56,698 nt of DNA from Nemertoderma westbladi. Taxonomy: Eukaryota > Animalia > Xenacoelomorpha. This document shows, in pieces, positions 49,401-56,698 of the stretch. The DNA lies in the NCBI GenBank assembly GCA_032718475.1, contig JAUCBJ010008008.1, positions 1 through 56,698 of the forward strand, given 5' to 3'. The notes beneath the pieces were generated by a model that searched no databases, was not told where the DNA came from, and saw only the letters and a list, made by a program, of their open reading frames with translations. The translations under genes and the position numbers were made by a program. The stretch's first letter is position 1; the number at the start of each line of letters is the position of its first letter.

Positions 49401-51062
49401 TTTTTTGACCTTAATAATTTGGTCTGTAGGTTCTATACTACTTAAGTCTGTGCTAGCTAGTTGTCTTCTAACAGCTGGGGGCAAATCAGGCAATTTGTGA
49501 CGGTGAGATGTTTTTCTACGCCTGCTTAGAAGAGATCTATTTCCTCCGCCTTCAGGATCGGTGGTTTCGCTTTCCTCCGATGATGTGTATCCCTGGCGTT
49601 TGGGAGTAGATCTTCTCATCATCTGCATGTGACTAGCAGTTAACTGTTTATTTATGTTGTCTTGCGTCTCTTGCAGATTTTCCAACTCTAGTTGGGTAGT
49701 CTCCTCAGACGCTCTCCGTTCTGCTTCTGCCACCGCTGCTTTTCTTTCTGCTTCTGCTTCTGCCGCCGTTGCCTCTCTTTTTGCTTCTGCTTCTGCCGCC
49801 TTTGCTTTTCTTTTTGCTTCTGCTTCTGCCGCCGTTGCCTTTCTTTCTGCTTCTGCTTCTGCTGCCGTTACTGCTGCTGCCTTTCGGTCCTCTATCCGTT
49901 TTTTCTTTACTTGTTCTTCTTGTACTCTAGCGAGGCGGAGTTTTTCATCAAATTTAGCTTGGTTAGCAGCTAACATTTCCGCATCGATTGAGTCCAACAC
50001 AAGCTTGGTTCCTTCACTATTGGGGCGAAGTCCAGCCAGTCGTCTCCTCAACTCTTCATCACCCAAGAAGCGTTGATAGTCTGACAGATAGATGTCTATG
50101 GCGTCTCTCGAGGGCGACTTCTCTGCTGCTGTCTCTTCGCTTTCCACTTGAGAAAGGGTGGCATCGGTTGGTTCTTCATAGGTTGGTCTCTCAGCCAGCT
50201 GGGGTTTCCACTGGGCCGTTTCGTGAACTTTGAGACCTACCCGCTGGAACCAAGTCTTGACAGCAACCTGCAGCGACGTGTCCTGTCTTCTTTTGGAAGT
50301 TTCCTCAAAGGCTGATAGGATTAGTCTAATGCGTAGGGTTCTTTCGCGTACTTGATAAAGCAGCTCTTCCTGCTCTTGAGGTCCTTGAGGTTGTCGAAAC
50401 AATTGTTCTTCCAATCGCTCTAAGGAGCCGAAGAATCCCTGCACATATCCTGCTGCCGACCTCTTCCAAACAGCTGGATCCATCCTATCTTTAGCCACTC
50501 CCATCCTGTGTATATCTTCCCAAGTAGCTTCGGACAAATCTAACGGGAGTCCGGGTCCGGGAAAGTTCCATTGTGACTCGACAATAGACATCAATTCTTC
50601 CCTGGCGTATCTCGCATAACTATCTTGGGTCGCTCGCTTACTTCTCGCCCAATCGACTTGGTGTTCCTCCACCGCAATCAATATAGTAGTTAGCACTGCG
50701 GCAGGAAGGGTGAGAAGGGGATCCGAGTAGGCTGTAGCCGCCATCTGCACTCCGCATTCGCGGGTCAGCTCTACAGTATCCGAACTACTGGAGCTATCGG
50801 ATCGCTGGGAACAAGTTTCTTGACTAGGATGTTGCTGCTGTTGGACAGCTGCTTCCTGGTTCCGTTTGACTTGGGCCCGAGTGCCGATGATAGACCTACG
50901 GTGTTGGATTAGCTTAGGGTCTGATACTACTACTGGAGGGATGACCTTTCTTTCAGTAGGAGGTGAGCTGAACTCCTTTCTTAATCGCTCCACACTCCTA
51001 TCTGTGTCACAGATGGTTGTATCGATTAGACTGTCTGACAGGTTTTGCTGGGTGTCAGACAT
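46425..51062 (-). CDS. Bel/Pao Gag-protease polyprotein (1545 aa) fused to an RNase H C-terminal remnant; RT and integrase absent
   Basis: DUF1759-like KFNGD...W..F...EKLRFL...LEG; three knuckles CALCDGTHRLSAC, CYNCLRPGHQRRTC, CAKCGAKHHILLH; protease ALLDSGS, ILIGQN, AVRTRVGW; WRHCLGTINPADIASRG...WLGGSDFL. Confidence 0.92.
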   Translation of the reverse strand: MSDTQQNLSDSLIDTTICDTDRSVERLRKEFSSPPTERKVIPPVVVSDPKLIQHRRSIIGTRAQVKRNQEAAVQQQQHPSQETCSQRSDSSSSSDTVELTRECGVQMAATAYSDPLLTLPAAVLTTILIAVEEHQVDWARSKRATQDSYARYAREELMSIVESQWNFPGPGLPLDLSEATWEDIHRMGVAKDRMDPAVWKRSAAGYVQGFFGSLERLEEQLFRQPQGPQEQEELLYQVRERTLRIRLILSAFEETSKRRQDTSLQVAVKTWFQRVGLKVHETAQWKPQLAERPTYEEPTDATLSQVESEETAAEKSPSRDAIDIYLSDYQRFLGDEELRRRLAGLRPNSEGTKLVLDSIDAEMLAANQAKFDEKLRLARVQEEQVKKKRIEDRKAAAVTAAEAEAERKATAAEAEAKRKAKAAEAEAKREATAAEAEAERKAAVAEAERRASEETTQLELENLQETQDNINKQLTASHMQMMRRSTPKRQGYTSSEESETTDPEGGGNRSLLSRRRKTSHRHKLPDLPPAVRRQLASTDLSSIEPTDQIIKVKKLPTIVDEPEIIRPVVPKVTAVLETPVLPELNSKFPLHSTTLPVPGRTVHENIPVLEAEREIKDLSPVVPRQPATMLATPASAVEWVEEGRRGMNLLLGQMQETVHQLKGTVREGRAELQEVQQSIALERDKLVNIQKGIPIPPVTLCQTVRSEVLHAQGVEPTRIYTASEVETPIANPIKGDYKPVVNDIPYRPDNDPRNLYTDNSILNNTMAQESFTRQMARTEARQAVKVGEIVKFNGDEMKWLPFNEYYKDSIQNSVLSNGEKLRFLIKCLEGPPKLMALKFIGHPEGLRQVWDTLNIRYGNKDNIAKYLYAKLVAPRNFLSSGIIEFSDEIQEICRQLDWLGKSHEYQSSMVIGAVVSTLPKGGVCTRWDKKVLYMNEQQRRSPTMADLMSFLDGEVKLQLIKQSREKTSENKVSEKPVSRRRVTPVCYTDDGESQASQEEDSGKDTDKFYYVNKTSKDVSKYKARTNDRREQVAKTPPQSPNRMHGRKPEERTRVHQVTQGKVSNIKPNCALCDGTHRLSACAEFLKKSLVDRRAVVWDKRLCYNCLRPGHQRRTCYSDVKCAKCGAKHHILLHSEFERDNPSQVSEPELHVQFSDVNDTDQESEMEGFYTDEFSDANESCYLINTSVYRALTYEKDTDNEFPPTTFARQPSWKAPTSNVGIREFPVVQVRVHGPNKSYIVNALLDSGSTGTFIDQELAEDIFAGQPKFRTKLNMSGIMQVWKSTLTADYYVGVLSTPQDKLGAQGIRSVKMVAIKNFATTQADLYNWDEDESIQHLKIPRFQTDYPGVQILIGQNAHEALETLEKRPAQPQPLQTYAVRTRVGWYFTGPSRRTLKERLPQQQVYQVKEWEVESSDVDDPTEGTPYSSDNDDINSNVDQWRHCLGTINPADIASRGATPQELIDTPGWLGGSDFLSKEEEEWPPHLTPAEIRQAKGAEKVTQQLNRPASRLCLLERDQKLSGNYGKRDTLPTTTSLIRQISRDSIT

Positions 51063-52404
51063 GTTTAGCTATACGGTTGAATGCCTACTGCTATAGTTAC
51101 AGTTAAAGCAAGTCTAGTAATTCAGTATGACCGTTAGCCTAGTACCGTTAATTTATTACAGTATATTATAATACCGGTATACACTTATAATATATATAAG
51201 TATTGTAAACTAGTTTTGTCACAGAGTACCGGTATATAATTTTAGCACAAATATATATAAATATATAATAGGCCTATCGTGAATACCGGTATGCAGCTTA
51301 CACTTATAGTATATATAAGTATAATTATGAACTAGAATTAATTACAGAATACCGGTATGATTTCAGCCCAAATTTATAGAAATAAATATAATAAGCCTAT
51401 GGTAAATACCGGTATGTCAATTATTTTAGAATAATTGAATTTCTGAATATTTTAGGGTTACTTGGTTACTTTAACTTACTTTATTACCGTTATTTAAACA
51501 GTAGTCCAACTGATATTGAGACCTAGTTGTTGTATGGCAGGCCTACTATTTATAAATCGTTTGAGTTGATTTATAATATTTATATACCCGTTTAAAATGG
51601 GTTTTGTCAATATTTGAAATAAATGTTATTATTTCTGGGGGAAGTCACTACACAGAAGCTGTGCGCTCTCAGTGAAGTGCTACTTATGGGACACTAAAAC
51701 AGATAATTCTAATTTACCTAAGTTACTTAATACTACAAATTACGTACGATACGGGTGAGATTAATTCTCTAATTAAAACATAACAAATATTACGTACGAA
51801 ATTTTTAGGGTAATTTTACAGGAAGTCTACAAACCAGCCTAACAAAGGGTTAGAATTCTGGTTATTACAACGGACAGGGTACTACGGTATTTGAAAATAA
51901 TAAGTAGTAATAAATATGTTGCGCTGTCCAGATAGGAAAAATACCACCGTCTGACGACCTATAGCCGTATCGCTATAGGTACTACGTTATGTATCACGGA
52001 GTGTTTCTACCTAGAAGTTAATTACCGCGGACTACCAGATCCAACGTGCCTATTAACCACTTTACAACACAAATATACTGCCTACACACTAATTACCTTC
52101 GGAAAGCACTGTACACTAAACCCTAAATTAGGTACAAGTACTGGTACAACAAATAATCAGTAGTTAAATATACTTGAACAGTTAAAAGAACCACGGCATC
52201 TGCTGGAGTGACCGGAGCACAAAGTCACCAGTCTTTACCTACGCCAAGCAGCCCGTGTAGTACCGGGGTTAATTTAACTATAACGGTATGTGTAACAAGC
52301 ACAATTACTGTAGGAATAAACTTGGGGACATGAATGTTGCGAATAATCGCATAAACTCTGAATAATAAATATTACGCTACCCGTACAGAATACTCAAACA
52401 AAAT

Positions 52405-52935
52405 ACAAACCAAACGCTGGCAGACTACCACCAAGCCTAAATAAACTACAGTATTGTGCAGATTCCGAAATGGTTAGTTAGTATGCGTTCTAACACGGTA
52501 GCACGACTTATTCTTTAAGAGGGGATTGACCTTACAGCTATGGCTGCCCCAACTTACTAACTGGCACTTTATCAGACAAACTCTACACACGCAGCAATCT
52601 CTTCAGACCTAATAATAGCTAGACAACAATCCAGCCTACAAAATATCTGAGTAATAACTATTACGGTACCTGAACAGACCACACAAACAAACACAGGCCA
52701 AAACGCTGGCAGAATACTGTCAAGTCTAAATAAACTACAGTATGTGCAGATTCCAAAATGGTTAGTTAGTATGCGTTCTAACACGGTAGTACGACTTATT
52801 CTTTAAGAGGGGATTGACCTTACAGCCCTGGCTGCCCTAACTTACTAACTGGCACTTTATCGGACAAACTCCACACACGCCGCAATCTCTCCAGACTCAA
52901 CAACAGTCAGACAACAGTCCAGCCTACAATTATCT
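52405..52935. repeat. ~290-bp tandem duplication in the retrotransposon 5' UTR
   Basis: aaacgctggcaga...ccagcctacaa occurs twice (~52410 and ~52700). Confidence 0.9.
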
Positions 52936-53112
52936 GAACAATCTGAGCAGACTTACACGTCTTCAGCTCAATATTAACTTACATGTAAATAAAACCGACA
53001 GAAATAAGTAAAATCTCAATAAAAAACCAGGGCGGCCGTTCCCTGATTAAGTACTAAGACCTACCGGTATACAATAATCAAAATCGAATAATACTAATGT
53101 ACTTATACTGGA

Positions 53113-53280
53113 AGTACCGGTTAGGACAGTTGGGCCTACAGACCTACAGCAGTACCGGTTCAGGCAATTAGGCCTACGGACCTACAGCAGTACCGGTTCA
53201 AGCAGTTGGGCCTACGGACCTGCAGCAGTACCGATTCTGGCAGTTGGGCCTACGGACCTACAGCAGTACCGGTTCAGGTT
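53113..53280. repeat. 38-bp tandem repeat (~4.5 copies) next to the 5' LTR
   Basis: Unit cagttgggcctacggacctacagcagtaccggttcagg. Confidence 0.9.
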
Positions 53281-53340
53281 TACCGGTCGACCGGTACTTT
53301 CAACTTTATTGCTTACTGCAATAAAGACAATAACTGTTAT

Positions 53341-54436
53341 TGTACGCGCTTTTGAAGACCTTTAGCAGTTTAACCTGCCAAAATTTATATGTATTTTGGT
53401 TTATAAATAGACTTTAGAAAATGACAAGTATTTAATACCAATAAACACAACATTAGCCGAAGCCAGCCTAGTGCGCGTCCATTCACCCGCTGGATATACC
53501 CGGGAGACTGGATTCGGATGGGGCTTAGATTGTTATTGCAGTGTAAGCTTACTGTATTATTCGATTGATCGTTAATAAATAATTTCTGACCAATATTATT
53601 CACTTTCGGGAAATATTAACAGTTCCTTTAGGACGTGGCGCTCTATCTAGGTAAACAGAGATATGACTTATACTAAACACAACGGTAAGTCGGTAAGGCT
53701 TATGATTCACGTATGAGGCGCATTCTTTAGGAAATGCTTAGTTATCAGCCACAATCATGCACACTACCGGTAACGCACAATACTGCTCACTAATTTGCCG
53801 ACCGTCAATGAATTTTATCATATATAAAGAGAACAGCAACTGACTCATGTAGTGCTTATCAAATAGCATTAAATTCACTACAAACCACAATAATATAAGT
53901 CGCAATCGCTATATGTAACCCGTCTCTCTAACCTGTAGTGTATCAAGAAAATTGGGAAATTTGGGTTCTTTATAGATGTTCTCCAAATAATATTCAACCA
54001 AATGATACAAAATATGACAACAGTAAATAGCAGTATAATAATGTATGTTGAACCGATAATGTAAGACTGAACTGGACTGTTAAAACTGATAACAGTTATA
54101 CGCTCTATAATCTAAGCCTAAGTAAGACTGAACACTCCTAGCATGATCTGCCAAATATCTCCACATCGACAGAAAAAATCGCTCTGATTGGCTGTTAAGC
54201 TAAACAAAGAACCATGTGTCCAATGGCCGTTTCCATGTCAGCAACCAGCTGTTAGATGTCGTAATCTGAATCATCAAGGCTAAGCTGTGCCAGGGTATTT
54301 GACGCATTGCGGGTTTTTTGCCTTACCATGTCCACCAAAGCACACATATAGAAGAATGACTTTTATGTCCGTTAAAACACCTATAACGGTACCTTGCGGG
54401 CGAGGGGGACTGAGTATATCCGCTAAAGCTTTTACA
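53341..54436 (-). repeat. 5' LTR (1096 bp)
   Basis: Direct repeat of 39535-40628; CCAAT and TCAGT initiator-like motifs on the - strand around 54060-54195. Confidence 0.97.
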
Positions 54437-56166
54437 TTTGGAATCCTTTCAACGCAAGCTTTCTATTGATGTGAAAAAATTACGACTAAAGTGAAGAATG
54501 GCAATGATACAGAGGGTCCGATTTCGCAAAAGACACTTTTTTAAAACGCTTATAAATAAAATTTAAAGGCGAAATCGAAAATTCAGGCTTCATGGTAACA
54601 ACCACGGTGAACTAGTTGTGTTTCAAATTTCAAACAATATGATAAAGATTTGTAGAAAAATTTGGGGGGGGGGGGTGGGTCCGTGTCATCAGAAAATGAC
54701 ACTATATTACGGGTCATGGTGTAAATGAGTTTGGACTTGAAGACACAAAATAAAGTTTTTTTCAAAACCTTTTTTGAAATATATTTAATACAGGCTTATA
54801 ACATTCTTAAATGTTACATCGTACAATATCATGCTGTGAGAAGCAGTCTTTCTGACGGGCACATTGGCACATGTAATTATACTAGAGAATCAGGAATCAG
54901 TGCACAAAACGTTTCGTTGGAATTCTTCGAAGTGGTGTCATCACGGAACGGAACGATGTTACGAAAGTAAGCGAACTTACCACTATCTAAACCTGTGTGT
55001 CTGTCGAAAATTGTTCCTTATACTTATTACCATATTTGTATTATTTTTGTCTGCACCAAACATTTTCCCACCACGAGAACTCTACCACTACCTGAAGACT
55101 ATTTATAATGTTACTTAGCAACGGAGTGTATATCTGAAAATATAAAACAATGGGAAATTTAAAAAACTAAAATAGTTGGTAGACCTATACAACGGGTTGG
55201 GGCGGCTAATCTGTTACGGCACCCAACTATCTGGCAACCTTTATACACTTGCCTAACCGAAACACGTTTTTAGCCTGACAAAATTATATAATTGTTTAAT
55301 TTGAACTACAAACCGAAAGAAAATAATTGTATCTAATTTAATTTATGTACGTAATTTGCACTCTGCCTGGCCATACAGTATATCATTTTCTTAATCGTTG
55401 TGTTTATATCTACTTATATGTCGGTATGTTTATACTTTACTTCGTTTGTCAAATAAATAATTCCAATTCCAACCCATCAATGTACTTGATATATTGGTGG
55501 TAAATTCGGATCCCATAACGCTACGACCACTATATATGCATGAGCCGATTGAGGTTAAATAGAAAATCCAGTTACCCCGGCAACCGTGCTAAACAGATGT
55601 TAAAATTTATAAAATGTTAATTTGAAGCCTAAGGAGAAGGTGTTGGGACCAGCCGAACCCCTACCCCCACTTTTTAGTAGTTCTGCATCCGAATTTGATA
55701 GTTCTATTTTGCAGTTACCATGCCAACCGCTGAAAAAATATGTTTTGACACAAAATAACTCATTTTGGACATAGACGTCGCAATAAAATATTACGAAACT
55801 GGGTATTTGTTTTCTGGACCACTAGTTGGAACTTTTAGTGAAACTAAAAACATTCCAGAAATATCTAGTTACCATGGTAACTGAAGTTTATTAAAGTCTA
55901 TATAATTCAAGTCAATATCTATATATAACTCTATTTGTATCAAAACTATATTAGATATAAACTTCGGGTTTCAGATACAGATACAGATACCATGACAACG
56001 TGGCTAAACAGATGTTCAAAATTATAAAATGATATTTTAAAGAATAAGGTTAAGCAACACTTATACACGGCACGTGTTGTATTACCTCTTGGGACCAACA
56101 CCTATCCCCACTATAGCACTTATTCTGCATGCGAATTACATTGTTCTAATTTCCAGTTTCCATGAC

Positions 56167-56520
56167 AGTAGTAGGAGAAGCATAGCCCTCACGCAACTCC
56201 TCCCTAGCCTGGGCTACGGGCCAGATCTCGGAGGGCTATTAAAAATGCCAAATTCCGGTGCTAAATTGCGGTGTTTAATGACCATCTGTCACCATCAATA
56301 TTGATTCGCGTCGTTGCCTTCAACCAATCGTTGCTTATCACCTACGCGTAGCCTAACCTCGCGATGCCTGCCTTACTCGACAACTGTTACCACTCGCGAG
56401 TATTGATTCGCGTCGTTGCATCAACCAACCATCGCATATTCATCTTCGCGTAACCTAACTTCTCATCGCATGGCTAGCCCCCACTACGCTATTATATCGA
56501 ATCGATTGCCAACTCACCAC
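56167..56520 (-). mobile_element. Second copy (inverted) of the unclassified repeat at 1430-1795
   Basis: agtagtaggagaagcatagccctc...ctccctagcctgggctacgggcc...gaccatctgtcaccatcaatattgattcgcgtcgttgcc. Confidence 0.7.
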
Positions 56521-56698
56521 CACCTAATTATTCAATATCGATTTATTCATCATAACTGGTCGCAGATGTTTACAAATAGCTTGTGGTAGTATCAATTATA
56601 AATTATTGTTCATTGAATTCTATACTATAGCATATGCCACCAACGAGATCCAATTATTCTAATGATTTCGATAGCATAAAATGCATATTAATTAATAC

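Larger units (their letters stand above)
39535..54436 (-). mobile_element. Full-length non-autonomous Bel/Pao LTR retrotransposon with an extra exonuclease-like ORF
   Basis: TG...CA LTRs at 39535-40628 and 53341-54436; 5-bp TSD tttgg (39530-39534 and 54437-54441); Bel/Pao gag-protease; short purine tract GGGAGCGG before the 3' LTR. Confidence 0.95.
35251..54721. mobile_element. ~0.9-kb foldback MITE (TA TSD, Tc1/mariner-type) split by three nested insertions
   Basis: TA|CACCATGACCCGTAATATAGTGTCATTTT ... AAAATGACACTATATTACGGGTCATGGTG|TA; pieces 35251-35482, 36440-36593, 39304-39534 and 54442-54721 rejoin into long inverted arms. Confidence 0.85.

Noticed and set aside
49654-50076. Ala/Ser-rich and Cys/Phe-rich + strand ORFs
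   Set aside because: Antisense of the 33-bp coiled-coil repeat in gag
1430-56520. One giant 55-kb TIR element bounded by the inverted repeat copies
   Set aside because: The shared sharp termini face inward, the copies are diverged and no TSD is visible; better explained as two independent insertions

Overview
AT-rich, intron-containing animal (invertebrate-type) genomic DNA, about two-thirds transposon-derived. There are two host genes on the + strand. One is a phospholipase D of the plant-type C2-PLD (PLDalpha/beta-like) architecture, with 5 exons visible at 7975-21243 and its 5' exon(s) not identified. The other is a 3-exon PTF1A/Fer1 bHLH gene (27176-30410) whose exon1/intron1 junction has been amplified into a ~30-copy 43-bp minisatellite. 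Mobile DNA includes an apparently intact TTAA-flanked Kolobok-like DDE transposon, several foldback/MITE elements, six RTE LINE fragments, a second LINE, a decayed Gypsy and a decayed Bel/Pao element. The most unusual object is a young 14.9-kb Bel/Pao LTR retrotransposon (39535-54436; ~99% identical 1.1-kb LTRs; TTTGG target-site duplication). It lacks RT and integrase but keeps an intact 1545-aa Gag-protease ORF, and it carries an intact 1417-aa extra ORF with a DEDDy (WRN/EXD/Mut-7-like) 3'-5' exonuclease domain and CCHC zinc knuckles. It has no tRNA primer-binding site; instead the 11 nt after the 5' LTR are complementary to a segment inside its own LTR, as in Tf1-type self-priming. All assignments come from motif recognition by eye; no database searches were run.
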